Part shown: in pieces, positions 19,894-29,963 of the stretch
How positions within the stretch are numbered: the first letter of the stretch is position 1
Layout: every line of letters starts with the position of its first letter
Source: Deltaproteobacteria bacterium
Lineage (GTDB): Bacteria > Bdellovibrionota_C > UBA2361 > J135
Assembly (NCBI GenBank): GCA_020635175.1
Contig: JACKAH010000001.1
Location: forward strand, 6,088 to 70,087
Length of the DNA: 64,000 nucleotides
Reading direction: 5' to 3'
The notes under the pieces: generated by a model
Databases searched by the model: none
What the model was told of the DNA's origin: nothing
The model's input: only the letters and a program-made list of their open reading frames with translations
Made by a program: the position numbers and the translations under genes

Positions 19894-20097
19894 TTGGACA
19901 CAGGAATGAGAGAGACACATTTTTTTAAAAATAACTTACGCGAAGATTGTACAGAAGAAGAACGCTTGCAATTTTATAAGCGCATAGAACGATTTTTAGA
20001 TAATCCTCTAATCCCAGATGCTTTAAAAAGTATGATCTGCCGTGAATTAGATCTAGAAGAAACAGCTGTTTCTAAAATCGATAATACAGTTAACTAG
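19894..20097 (+). CDS. Hypothetical small protein (67 aa)
   Basis: ORF only, with no recognisable motif. Confidence 0.15.
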   Translation: MDTGMRETHFFKNNLREDCTEEERLQFYKRIERFLDNPLIPDALKSMICRELDLEETAVSKIDNTVN

Positions 20098-20113
20098 ATT
20101 AATAATTCTGGTT

Positions 20114-22732
20114 TTAATTCGGAACCTGGTATTGCACCTCACCATTCTGGTAATCGATCATAATTGGTTGACCTTCTTGAACTTCGCCAGAAAGAATCTT
20201 TTTGGCTAAGCTAGTTTCAAGTTCTTTTTGAATTACTCTTTTCAATGGTCTTGCTCCATAAATCGGATCAAAACCACTTTGCGCAAAGTGATCAATCGCA
20301 GCATCGGTAATTGATAGTGAAATCCTCTTTTCTTCTAATCTTTCTTTAACGCGTTCAAATTGAATTCTAACTATCTTATGTAATTCATCCTTAGTTAACG
20401 GATTAAAGATTACGGTTGAATCAATCCTGTTAAGAAATTCAGGTCTAAAGAAAGAGGACATCGCTTCCTTTAGCTCAGCTTCAAGTTCAATGCGTATCTG
20501 TTTTTTGCTCTCTTCGTCTGCACCTTCGAAACGTTCAGTGCATTTAAGTATATTCTGAGCTCCTAAGTTGGATGTCATAATCAGAATGGTATTCTTAAAA
20601 GAGACTGTGCGTCCTTGACCATCAGTTAATCGTCCATCATCTAGAATTTGCAATAAGACGTTGAAGACATCTGGATGAGCCTTTTCAATCTCATCTAGTA
20701 AGATGATTGAGAAAGGCCTACGACGTACCGCCTCAGTTAACTGTCCCCCTTCCTCGTAACCAACATATCCTGGAGGAGCTCCAATTAGTCTCGCAACCGC
20801 ATGCTTCTCCATGTACTCAGACATATCAATCCTAACCATAGCTCTTTCGTCATCGAACATGGCTTCTGCTAAAGCTCTTGCGAGCTCGGTTTTTCCGACA
20901 CCTGTTGGTCCAAGGAAAATAAAAGAACCAATCGGTTTATTTGGATCGCTTATACCAGCTCTCGCTCTTAAGACAGCGCTGGCAACTTCTTCAATTGCAT
21001 CATCTTGTCCGATTACACGCGATCTCAAGGTTTCTTCTAGACCAATAATTTTCTCACTTTCTCCCTGCATTAGTTTAGATACAGGAATTCCTGTCCAGCG
21101 TGACACCACTTGAGCTATGTCTTCTTCATCAACTTCCTCTTTGAGTAAGACACTACCAGATTGTTGCCGCTCTTTAAGCGAGGTTTCCTGTGCGGCAATT
21201 TTCTTCTCTAGCTCTGTGAGCGTACCGTATTGTAATTCTGCAGCTTTGTTGAGATCGTAATCTCTTTTTGCTTGTTCAATTTGCTGCTTTACGTCCTCGA
21301 GTTGACCTCTTAGCTCTCGTACTTGTTGAACTCCTTCTTTCTCCTGTTCCCACTGCAGTCTGAGGGTTTGGTCTTGTTCTTGAAGATCTGCAAGCTCCTT
21401 TTCTAGTTTGGTAAGTCGATCTTTTGAGGCATCGTCTTTTTCTTTCTTAAGCGCTTCTCTTTCAATTTCTAGCTGAAGCTTGCGGCGTGAAACTTCATCA
21501 AGCTCTGCAGGCATAGAGTCAATTTCAGTTCGAATTTTTGATGCGGCTTCGTCAACTAAATCAATTGCTTTATCGGGTAAGAAACGATCCGCTATGTATC
21601 TATCACTGAGGGTAGCTGCTGAAACCATTGCTGAGTCTTTGATCCTAACACCATGGTGTAGTTCGTATTTTTCTTTGAGGCCTCGAAGAATAGAGATAGT
21701 GTCTTCAACACTTGGCTGATCGACGATTACTGGTTGAAATCTACGTTCTAGCGCTGCATCTTTTTCGATGTATTTTTTATACTCATTTAATGTTGTTGCT
21801 CCAACGCAGTGAAGTTCTCCGCGTGCAAGCATCGGTTTAAGTAAGTTCCCAGCATCCATTGCACCTTCACTCGCACCAGCGCCAACGACGGTATGAAGCT
21901 CGTCTATAAAGAGAATGATTTCGCCAGCCGCTTCCTGAACTTCTTTCAGCACGGCTTTTAATCTTTCTTCAAATTCTCCTCGATACTTTGCTCCAGCAAT
22001 TAACGCGCCCATATCAAGCGCTAAAATCTTTTTATTCTTTAGACCTTCCGGTACGTCACCAGCAATTATTCTTTGGGCTAATCCCTCTACGATTGCAGTT
22101 TTACCAACTCCTGGTTGACCAATTAAGACGGGGTTATTTTTAGTGCGCCTGGATAGAACCTGCACTACTCTTCGAATCTCTTCGTCTCTGCCAATTACTG
22201 GGTCAAGTTTTCCTTCAAGCGCAGCTTGGGTAAGATCTCGAGCGAACTTTTTAAGTGATTGATATGTATCCTCAGGATTTTGAGAAGTTACTCTTTGGCT
22301 GCCCCGCACCTTTTCAAGCCCTGCGATTATTTTATCGTAATCGAGAAATCTTTTCGCGGTAGTGTTGTTCTTAGCTGCAGCAAGTATGACATGTTCTACA
22401 GATATGTACTCATCTTTCAAGGTCTTTGCTTCTAGCTCAGATTGTTTTAGCAGCTGCAGCAGATCCCTCCCAATTCTAGCCTCATTGCCTGGAGCAGAGG
22501 TAAGTTGAGGTTTCTTAGAAAGTTCTTCTTCTAATGCATTTTTTATAGTTTTTAGATTTGCTTGCGATGCCTCTATAAGTGGTGCTGCAATTCCGTCAGC
22601 TTGCTCGAGTAGAGCTGAAAGATAATGCTCTGGGTAGATCTCAGAATGGTGAAGCGCTTCAGCCTTAAGACTGGCCTCTCTCAAGCCTTCCTGGGCTTTT
22701 ATGGTAAGTCTATTAAAATCAAACATACTCAT
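20114..22732 (-). CDS. clpB: ATP-dependent chaperone ClpB
   Basis: 872 aa. Clp_N repeats and two AAA+ modules ([30 protein letters not shown]) with a coiled-coil middle domain typical of ClpB. Confidence 0.95.
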   Translation of the reverse strand: MSMFDFNRLTIKAQEGLREASLKAEALHHSEIYPEHYLSALLEQADGIAAPLIEASQANLKTIKNALEEELSKKPQLTSAPGNEARIGRDLLQLLKQSELEAKTLKDEYISVEHVILAAAKNNTTAKRFLDYDKIIAGLEKVRGSQRVTSQNPEDTYQSLKKFARDLTQAALEGKLDPVIGRDEEIRRVVQVLSRRTKNNPVLIGQPGVGKTAIVEGLAQRIIAGDVPEGLKNKKILALDMGALIAGAKYRGEFEERLKAVLKEVQEAAGEIILFIDELHTVVGAGASEGAMDAGNLLKPMLARGELHCVGATTLNEYKKYIEKDAALERRFQPVIVDQPSVEDTISILRGLKEKYELHHGVRIKDSAMVSAATLSDRYIADRFLPDKAIDLVDEAASKIRTEIDSMPAELDEVSRRKLQLEIEREALKKEKDDASKDRLTKLEKELADLQEQDQTLRLQWEQEKEGVQQVRELRGQLEDVKQQIEQAKRDYDLNKAAELQYGTLTELEKKIAAQETSLKERQQSGSVLLKEEVDEEDIAQVVSRWTGIPVSKLMQGESEKIIGLEETLRSRVIGQDDAIEEVASAVLRARAGISDPNKPIGSFIFLGPTGVGKTELARALAEAMFDDERAMVRIDMSEYMEKHAVARLIGAPPGYVGYEEGGQLTEAVRRRPFSIILLDEIEKAHPDVFNVLLQILDDGRLTDGQGRTVSFKNTILIMTSNLGAQNILKCTERFEGADEESKKQIRIELEAELKEAMSSFFRPEFLNRIDSTVIFNPLTKDELHKIVRIQFERVKERLEEKRISLSITDAAIDHFAQSGFDPIYGARPLKRVIQKELETSLAKKILSGEVQEGQPIMIDYQNGEVQYQVPN

Positions 22733-22866
22733 CCTGTGATAATTAATAATGACACTAAATATGTCGAAAGTTCTTTGATTAACTAATGCTAACTACTCGA
22801 AATCCCTAACTACATAACTCTGTGTAAGTACTTCGATGCAGATTGGGTTAATCAAAGTCTAATAAA

Positions 22867-23388
22867 TTGATAACCATCAAATTCGCTCAATTCAAGCATT
22901 CAGAAATTCTAAAAATTACCATCTTGTCGCATATTTGCGTGGCGTATACCCTACAAGTGGGAGAATTTGTGATGGATATTTATAGATTTTTTCACCCACA
23001 TCATAATCCTCGCTTACTGAGTACTCCGGTAAGACAACTTGAGTTGGTCGAGTTAGAGCAAGCTGCGTCTGAGCTTAGAAAATCTTTACTGCGTATGCAG
23101 CAAAGAATAGACAAGAAACCTGTCACGCCGATTTTGCCCTCACATTTTACGGATATTATAAAAGCGATGGATTTCGTCTCTCGATCTATTCAGACACTTT
23201 GTGATGCTCATCCTGGTGACTCGAAGAATGAGTTACGTGATTTAGTTGAAGAACGCTCAGATTGTGCCGGCTGGGAAAAGTGGGCCGCATTACTTCAGGA
23301 GCAACTTGGTAGCTCTGAATCAAATGAAGATGCACATTCTGAATCCCTTAAGGCCGTAAATGAATCTAACGGCTTCATCTCTCGTTAG
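22867..23388 (+). CDS. Hypothetical protein (possibly starting at the internal Met at 22972)
   Basis: ORF with no recognisable domain. Confidence 0.3.
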   Translation: MITIKFAQFKHSEILKITILSHICVAYTLQVGEFVMDIYRFFHPHHNPRLLSTPVRQLELVELEQAASELRKSLLRMQQRIDKKPVTPILPSHFTDIIKAMDFVSRSIQTLCDAHPGDSKNELRDLVEERSDCAGWEKWAALLQEQLGSSESNEDAHSESLKAVNESNGFISR

Positions 23389-23455
23389 CAAAAAAAAGCA
23401 AACCTTTTAAGTGTTTATCTTGTAATTATTTTGCTACAGGTGCATCCTAATAGTT

Positions 23456-24250
23456 ATGAAGAAAGATAATGAATTTGTTATAAATGAGGAAAGTAAGATT
23501 CAATCCTCTGATTTCCGTACAGAAGCTGATTATTCTCATCTAACTAAGCAACAAAAAAAGGTTATGAGAAAGCATCTCGATGAGAGATTGACGGTCTTAC
23601 ATAACCGCGTGCGAGTCGTTGAAAGTGAGCTGCATAAGCTTGAGAATCACTTTTATAGAGCATGTATCTTTGGAAGTGCTCGCATAAAACCAGAGAATAA
23701 GATTTACAAAGATGTGACCTTGTTGGCTAAGATGTTAGCAGCTGAGGGAATCGATATTTTAACAGGCGGTGGTCCAGGTTTGATGGAAGCTGCAAACATT
23801 GGTGCGCAGCAAGGTAAAGAGGAGGGGGATACCAAGATTCGCTCTTATGGATTATCGATAGAGTTGGAGTTTGAGCCTCTTCCTAATCCTCACCTTGATG
23901 TTAAAAGGCATCACCATAAGTTCTCATCAAGGCTTGATGATTTTATGAGACTTTCAAACTCAGTTATCTGTACACCTGGTGGAGTTGGGACTGTACTAGA
24001 ACTAGTTTTCACTTGGCAGTTGATTCAAGTAAGACACCTGCCCCCTCGTCCAATTATCTTAATGGATCGTGGTTTTTGGGCAGGTTTTATGGAGTGGTTA
24101 AGAGACTACCCAGTTGCTAGGAAATTGATTAATCCAGGCGATCTTGATGTTATTCAGATAGTTGATACTCCTGAAGAGGTACACGCCATCATCAAAGAGC
24201 ATTACGGTAATTTTCTATCACAACGCCAAGAGCAGCAGAATGCTTCCTAG
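23456..24250 (+). CDS. LOG-family (TIGR00730) nucleotide 5'-monophosphate nucleosidase-like protein
   Basis: LOG motifs GSARI, TGGGPGLMEA and TPGGVGTVLEL. There is an N-terminal extension of about 70 aa. Confidence 0.7.
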   Translation: MKKDNEFVINEESKIQSSDFRTEADYSHLTKQQKKVMRKHLDERLTVLHNRVRVVESELHKLENHFYRACIFGSARIKPENKIYKDVTLLAKMLAAEGIDILTGGGPGLMEAANIGAQQGKEEGDTKIRSYGLSIELEFEPLPNPHLDVKRHHHKFSSRLDDFMRLSNSVICTPGGVGTVLELVFTWQLIQVRHLPPRPIILMDRGFWAGFMEWLRDYPVARKLINPGDLDVIQIVDTPEEVHAIIKEHYGNFLSQRQEQQNAS

Positions 24251-24275
24251 CTTTTAGCTTAAAAAAACAAGAGAA

Positions 24276-25664
24276 TTAGTGATTCTTTGCTGATGCGCGT
24301 TTTAAGGCATCTAGGAATCTTTGACGAATTTCTTCTTGTGACGCATCTTCGCCATCAGTAAACCCGCGATTTGGAGCAAAGATTTTGCTAGGCGTACTTG
24401 TTGATGGTGAGTTGTCAGACGGCAAGTTTTTTAAAGCATCAAAAAAGTCCTTTGAGCCACTGCTGTTGTTACTCGTCTGTGTTTTCTTTGTGAGTTTTTG
24501 ATTGTTGTCATCAATTGTCTTGCCATTAAAAGCATCAAGAATGTCTTGCTGCTGATCCTTTTCCAGCATAGCTAAAACTTTCTTAGGACCGTTTTCTACA
24601 ATTGGCTGATTGACTAGTTTTTCTTGTGGGCGTTGAGCAAGTGGTTTCGGTTTACGCTGATCTAGCACTGGCTGCTTATTTGCACTAGTTTCCTTAGGGA
24701 TGTTTGGAGATTCAATTTTGTCTGTAGGCTTTATTGCTTTAGCAATCTTGGTCTCGCTTTTATCAGCTGAGTTTCCTGAAACAAAGATTGCAACGATAAC
24801 TATGAGGAAGAGGCTTGCGGCCGTGACTAATCTTTGAGTAGCTAAAGGTAGCTCTTTTAATTTTTCTATGGGAGTTCTAACTTTTGGTTTCTTTTCGATT
24901 GCTTCTGAAAGTCCTCTACTCATCTGAATTGGCTTAGCAGTAAATACCTCTTCGCTTTGCTTTTCCACTATCTCTGAAGCTTGGGTGTCGCCTGAGAGGT
25001 TCTGCCTTACCTGAGCAGCCATCTGAGATAGAGATTCTCCAACAGAGCCAATGCCTATAGTTTTTTGTCGATTGAAACCAACTTCGACTCTTTGAATGAT
25101 TTGGTTTCCTACCCAACTTTGAGGTCTGTAGGTTAATCTAGTGATAATCGTAATCTTTGCTTGATTCACAGTTGAGTCAGCGACCAGCTCTGCAAAGCGA
25201 TCTTTCCACTCTTCTGAAATCCTTTCAAACGGGCTATCTAAAATTAAAACCTTCTTTTTTGAAATTACAGCGAGCAAGATTTGCAGTCTTATTCTTGCAC
25301 ATTCATTCAGCTTGTTTGATGGCAACTCAAGTTGCTCTTCAAATCCGAAATTAATCAACAATGCATTAGCCCTATCTTCGCGCACACCTCTGTCAGTTAA
25401 AAGTTGCAGTGGCGTTTTTGTCTCCTGTAAATTGTGTCCAAATCCAATGAGTGAGGCGTCCTTAACTAAGAAAGGAGAATTATTTAAGCTTAAGGTGAAT
25501 TTATGTCCCGAATTTTGTCCGAAGAGAGTTTGCCTAAATGGCAAGAGATCTTGATCCGTGTTTGCTCTAAGCACGGTTATCTCGCCCGTACCGCACTCAA
25601 TGGAGCGTAGAACCTCTCCAAATTTAGAAAGTTGTTTTATGGTAAGGGTGTCTTTTTGAGTCAT
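24276..25664 (-). CDS. Hypothetical protein: degenerate ABC-ATPase-like N-domain, one TM helix and a Pro/Lys-rich C-terminal region
   Basis: An ABC-signature-like LPSNKLNECARIRLQILLAVISKKKVLILDSPFERISEE lacks a Walker A P-loop. TM helix LVTAASLFLIVIVAIFV. The C-terminus is low-complexity. Confidence 0.4.
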   Translation of the reverse strand: MTQKDTLTIKQLSKFGEVLRSIECGTGEITVLRANTDQDLLPFRQTLFGQNSGHKFTLSLNNSPFLVKDASLIGFGHNLQETKTPLQLLTDRGVREDRANALLINFGFEEQLELPSNKLNECARIRLQILLAVISKKKVLILDSPFERISEEWKDRFAELVADSTVNQAKITIITRLTYRPQSWVGNQIIQRVEVGFNRQKTIGIGSVGESLSQMAAQVRQNLSGDTQASEIVEKQSEEVFTAKPIQMSRGLSEAIEKKPKVRTPIEKLKELPLATQRLVTAASLFLIVIVAIFVSGNSADKSETKIAKAIKPTDKIESPNIPKETSANKQPVLDQRKPKPLAQRPQEKLVNQPIVENGPKKVLAMLEKDQQQDILDAFNGKTIDDNNQKLTKKTQTSNNSSGSKDFFDALKNLPSDNSPSTSTPSKIFAPNRGFTDGEDASQEEIRQRFLDALKRASAKNH

Positions 25665-25670
25665 CAGGGC

Positions 25671-26549
25671 TTAAGATGCAACTAGCATCTTCATGTATTC
25701 CTTCAAACGTGGAGCAATGTCAGGTCTTTTCATCGCATAAGCTATGTTAGCCTGAATAAAGCCAAATTTGTCACCTGCATCATAGCGCTGGCCCTCGAAT
25801 TTGTAACCTAGAAAACCCTGCGTTTTCATCAGCTGAGCCATCGCATCTGTAAGCTGTATTTCACCGCCTTTGCCAGGATCTGTTTTTTCGAGGATTTCAA
25901 ATATCTCAGGGTTCAGAATGTATCTTCCAACGAATGCAAGGTTTGAGGGTGCTTCTTCTAGTGACGGTTTTTCTACCATCTGATTGAGGCTATAGACTCT
26001 ATCTGCGATCTTCTCACCACTACCTATTCCAAACTTAGGTACATCCTCATCTTCTACCTCCATTAAAGCCACTACTGATTTTTCATGTTTTTCATAAACA
26101 TCAATCATCTGCTTTGTGCATGGAACGTCTGAGTCAACTAAGTCATCCCCTAACAAGATAACAAAAGGTTCATCTCCTATAACTTCCTTTGCGCATAATA
26201 CTGCATGGCCAAGTCCACGAGGGTTTCTTTGTCTAATAGAAACAGCTCTAATCATATTGCTTGCTTCTCTTAGTTTATCTAGCAGGTCAGTCTTTCCTTC
26301 GCTTTCTAGCTTTTCTTCAAGTTCAGAGTATAGGTCGAAGTGATCCTCAATTGCGGCTTTACCTTTGCCTGTAATTAGGACAACTGTTTCAATGCCAGAG
26401 TCAACTACCTCCTGGACAATATACTGAATTGTCGGGGTGTCTACGATCGGTAGGAGCTCCTTTGGAACAGTTTTTGTTGCTGGCAAAAATCTTGTGCCGA
26501 GCCCTGCAGCAGGGATAAGTGCTTTTTTTACCTTTGATTTGCTCTTCAT
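25671..26549 (-). CDS. galU: UTP--glucose-1-phosphate uridylyltransferase
   Basis: KALIPAAGLGTRFLPATKTVPKELLPIVDTPTIQYIVQE is the canonical GalU N-terminus. Confidence 0.85.
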   Translation of the reverse strand: MKSKSKVKKALIPAAGLGTRFLPATKTVPKELLPIVDTPTIQYIVQEVVDSGIETVVLITGKGKAAIEDHFDLYSELEEKLESEGKTDLLDKLREASNMIRAVSIRQRNPRGLGHAVLCAKEVIGDEPFVILLGDDLVDSDVPCTKQMIDVYEKHEKSVVALMEVEDEDVPKFGIGSGEKIADRVYSLNQMVEKPSLEEAPSNLAFVGRYILNPEIFEILEKTDPGKGGEIQLTDAMAQLMKTQGFLGYKFEGQRYDAGDKFGFIQANIAYAMKRPDIAPRLKEYMKMLVAS

Positions 26550-26760
26550 CTACAACTCTTACTCTAATATGATTTTAAGGTCTGACACCTTATAGCATAT
26601 TTCGATTTAGTGCACAGAATTGATCTGCTCCTGCGTGAATCCCCTAAGTTCCTGAAAATCCATGATTTTAAAGCCTATTTTGTAAGCTCAGATTGTTAAT
26701 CAATACGCTATTTTTCACGATACTTTATGGAGTAACAAAGAATGCCAAGCTGGCCAAGTA

Positions 26761-28113
26761 GTGAGTAAAATGGAAAAAATTCTTGTTGTTGAAGACTCAG
26801 ATAGTTTACGTGACGTGCTCAAAAGCGTTTTGGAAGCACAGGGTTATGAGGTAGATAGCTGCCCAAATGGCGAAGAAGCAGCCAATTCTTTAATTGAGAA
26901 CTCTTACTCTTTAATTCTCTCAGATTACAAACTTCCAGGTATGAGTGGAATGGAGTTTTTAGGTAGAGCTAGAGATAACTCACCAACTGTTCCAATTGTG
27001 ATGATGACAGCTTTTGGTTCTGTAGATGTTGCAGTTGAAGCGATGAAATCTGGAGCAAACGATTTTATTGCAAAGCCGTTTGAACCTGAAGATCTCTGCT
27101 CCCTTGTAAAAGACATGGTCGAACATAAGCGGGTCATGGACAGGTCTTTAGGTAGAAAAACACGTCGTGGTCATAAGCTCATAAGCGCAAACCAGAAGAT
27201 GCAATCAATCTTAGAGCAAGCCAAAAAGGCGGCAGGATTTGAGACTCCGATTTTAATACTTGGTGAGAGTGGAGTCGGTAAAGAGTTAGTCGCTAGGTTT
27301 ATCCATGAGCATAGCGCTCGCAAGGATGAACAGTTTGTTTCTATCAACTGTGCTGCTATTCCATCAGAGCTTTTAGAAAGTGAATTTTTTGGTCATGAGC
27401 ATGGTGCATTTACTGGTTCAACTCAGAGCAGACCGGGTCTATTTGAAGTAGCCAAAAAAGGTACGATCTTTTTAGATGAAGTTGGTGATATGCCAGCATC
27501 TCTTCAGGTAAAACTTCTTAGAGCGCTTCAAGAGGGTGAGATTAGAAGAGTTGGTGGAAACAAATGCATTAAGGTTAATCCACGCATTATTGCAGCGACT
27601 AACAAAAATCTAGAGGATAAAATATCAAACGGTACCTTTAGAGAAGATTTCTATTATCGATTAGCTGTATTAACTTTAACAATACCTGCTCTTCGTCAAC
27701 GTAAAGAAGATTTAATGGCGTTGATTAATTACTTCCTTGAGTACTTCTCTGCTAATGCATGTAAACCTGCTCCAAAAATTGATAAAGAAGCTTGGAATTT
27801 GATCGAACGCTATCCGTGGCCTGGAAATATACGAGAACTTGAAAACGTGATTGAGAGAGCAGTCATATTGTCTAATGATATAATTAGGCCGGAGCATTTA
27901 GGCATCTCCTTAGATTTAGATTTTGAAGCACTGGATGATATTATGGTGACCCTTCCAGAAATTGCTGGACGAGCAGCTAGAAAAGCTGAGATAGATCTCA
28001 TCATGAAGATTCTTCAAAGGACCGGTGGAAATAAGAGTAGAGCTTCAGAGATTCTAGGAGTCAGCTACAAAACACTTCTCAATAAGATCAAAGAGTACGA
28101 AATTACTCAATAG
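26761..28113 (+). CDS. Sigma-54-dependent response regulator (NtrC family)
   Basis: REC domain. AAA+ sigma-54 activation domain (GESGVGKELVARFIHEHS, GAFTGS). C-terminal Fis-type HTH. Confidence 0.85.
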   Translation: MSKMEKILVVEDSDSLRDVLKSVLEAQGYEVDSCPNGEEAANSLIENSYSLILSDYKLPGMSGMEFLGRARDNSPTVPIVMMTAFGSVDVAVEAMKSGANDFIAKPFEPEDLCSLVKDMVEHKRVMDRSLGRKTRRGHKLISANQKMQSILEQAKKAAGFETPILILGESGVGKELVARFIHEHSARKDEQFVSINCAAIPSELLESEFFGHEHGAFTGSTQSRPGLFEVAKKGTIFLDEVGDMPASLQVKLLRALQEGEIRRVGGNKCIKVNPRIIAATNKNLEDKISNGTFREDFYYRLAVLTLTIPALRQRKEDLMALINYFLEYFSANACKPAPKIDKEAWNLIERYPWPGNIRELENVIERAVILSNDIIRPEHLGISLDLDFEALDDIMVTLPEIAGRAARKAEIDLIMKILQRTGGNKSRASEILGVSYKTLLNKIKEYEITQ

Positions 28114-29894
28114 TTACGCAGTTCTGATAGCTTATTAGTTAATAAATCTTGTTCGATTGTAACAAATGGAAGGTAGTGTTTAACCAAACGCTCAGCTTTG
28201 TCCCAATGCCCTTGATATTGCAACGTGATAATATCTGGTAAAACTGACCAGGCGTGTTCTTTTTGAAGTTCTGGTCGGAGTGATTGCCAATAGTGCTCTT
28301 TTGCTTGTCTTTTATTGCCCCTCTCCTCCCACCACAATCCTGCCTCAAAGAGATATCTTGCTTTATCTTTCGCATGCTCTAATCCGGCGCTAATTAATTG
28401 CTCAGCTTGCTCAAAAAGCTTAAGCCCATTCATTAGGTTAGCAGCACTTGAGTAAGTTTTTGTTTCTGTGGAATTCTTTAGAATTTCGCTCTGGCAAAAA
28501 TTTAAGACTTCTACTGTGTCTAGTCTTGAGGGAAATTGAGAAACAATGAGTGATAAAACTTCAAGAGAATCAGGGAAGTGGTGGAGAGCTTCTGTTAATA
28601 TTTCAAGACAATCATTTTCTAGTTTTAGAGCATAAGCAAGTTCAGCCAGCTCGATAAAGATTTCACAGTCTGGCTTGCTAATCTCATTGTAGTATTTAAG
28701 CGTTTCGTAGGCCTCCTTTATTAATCCGTTGTGTCTTAGGATCTTAGATTTTAAGAGATATTGCTTGGCAAAGTTTTTGTCTATCTTGGCTAGCTTTTCT
28801 AAATATTGAGCAGCTTTTTCCAAATTGTTTCTATTAAGCCAGTATTGCGCTAAAGAGCAGAGAGCTTCAGAGTGGTAAGATGATGTTTCTGTCTGTGAAA
28901 TTTCTATTACTTTGTTCCAGAAATTTTTGCCGGTATAGCTCTGTAAACATTTTAAGCGTCCGTTTTCAGCAATCTCTTCTCTCTCTTCAGGATTTTCTAG
29001 ATAGTAATTGATTTTATTAACTAAATCTTCGTCATTGCTGTATGGTACGTACTCTTTCATTGGTTCAAACCAGGCTTGTGCATCTGAGCTTGCTGGCTCT
29101 AAGAGCAACGTGCCGCATAGCGTAGCTTCGAACATTCTTCCAGCTACTTTCTCATATTCGATTCCATTAAATTGGACGAAATTGATTGTCATTTTTGATC
29201 GTTGAAGATATCGAGCATATTCAGATATTGGAAGTTTGGCTTCTCTTTGTCCGCCGGTGTGAAAGACGTCGACGCCTAAGCTGCGTATGTTGTTTAAACG
29301 CTCGGCTCTGTCCCCTCGTAATGTTCCGATAAAGCTTACATCGATATCTCTCTCAAGATTTGTGTCATTAAATACAGTTGGATCTTTGGGGTGAGGTAGT
29401 GGAAAGTAACGTGCCGTATCTGATGCTTTATTAAGGTATAGTTTTGAGGAATCTCCTGATAAAGTTTTTGTACAGAAAGGAGTAATCATTTCAGCTAACT
29501 CTACTAGGAAATTTGCATGAGTATCTCCCCACCAAGCTATTACAGGAATATTAAGTTCATATCTAATTTTATAAAGAGTTTCGAAGGTAGGATTTACATG
29601 GCTACGTTCACTGTAAAGCCAAATAAGAAAAACAAGATCAGGCTTTTCAACTTTGCATAGTTCAATCAGTGCAGCATCGCCAGGTTTTTGATGTTTATCA
29701 AAATATTCGTCAAAATGAAATCGTGTATAAGAAGCTACCCGTGAAAATTCAAGTGGTCCCCAAAATGAGTGCTCGGATGGGCTGGGGCCTAGTTCCTTGT
29801 TTCCGTCACACCATAGTTCACTAATAGCGACTATGTGAGGCTTTGTTTTTGAAGAGCAGCACTTAGAGCATTCAGCTTGGCATTGAGGGTTCAT
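28107..29894 (-). CDS. Cys-rich N-terminus + glycosyltransferase-like (CgeB/DUF3880-like) domain + TPR-repeat protein
   Basis: N-terminal CQAECSKCCSS. Central DVSFIGTLRGDRAERLNN...TGGQ resembles GT1-like C-terminal domains. The C-terminal half is TPR-like repeats. Confidence 0.45.
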   Translation of the reverse strand: MNPQCQAECSKCCSSKTKPHIVAISELWCDGNKELGPSPSEHSFWGPLEFSRVASYTRFHFDEYFDKHQKPGDAALIELCKVEKPDLVFLIWLYSERSHVNPTFETLYKIRYELNIPVIAWWGDTHANFLVELAEMITPFCTKTLSGDSSKLYLNKASDTARYFPLPHPKDPTVFNDTNLERDIDVSFIGTLRGDRAERLNNIRSLGVDVFHTGGQREAKLPISEYARYLQRSKMTINFVQFNGIEYEKVAGRMFEATLCGTLLLEPASSDAQAWFEPMKEYVPYSNDEDLVNKINYYLENPEEREEIAENGRLKCLQSYTGKNFWNKVIEISQTETSSYHSEALCSLAQYWLNRNNLEKAAQYLEKLAKIDKNFAKQYLLKSKILRHNGLIKEAYETLKYYNEISKPDCEIFIELAELAYALKLENDCLEILTEALHHFPDSLEVLSLIVSQFPSRLDTVEVLNFCQSEILKNSTETKTYSSAANLMNGLKLFEQAEQLISAGLEHAKDKARYLFEAGLWWEERGNKRQAKEHYWQSLRPELQKEHAWSVLPDIITLQYQGHWDKAERLVKHYLPFVTIEQDLLTNKLSELRNY

Positions 29895-29963
29895 TAAACT
29901 TGCCGGATTTTAAAAGTTGCTAAGAAGTAGATGATGAAGAGATAGCGAGAGTTGCACTAACTT

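Noticed and set aside
22733-22866. Sigma-32 heat-shock promoter upstream of clpB
   Set aside because: No convincing CTTGAAA-N13-15-CCCCAT match was found by eye.
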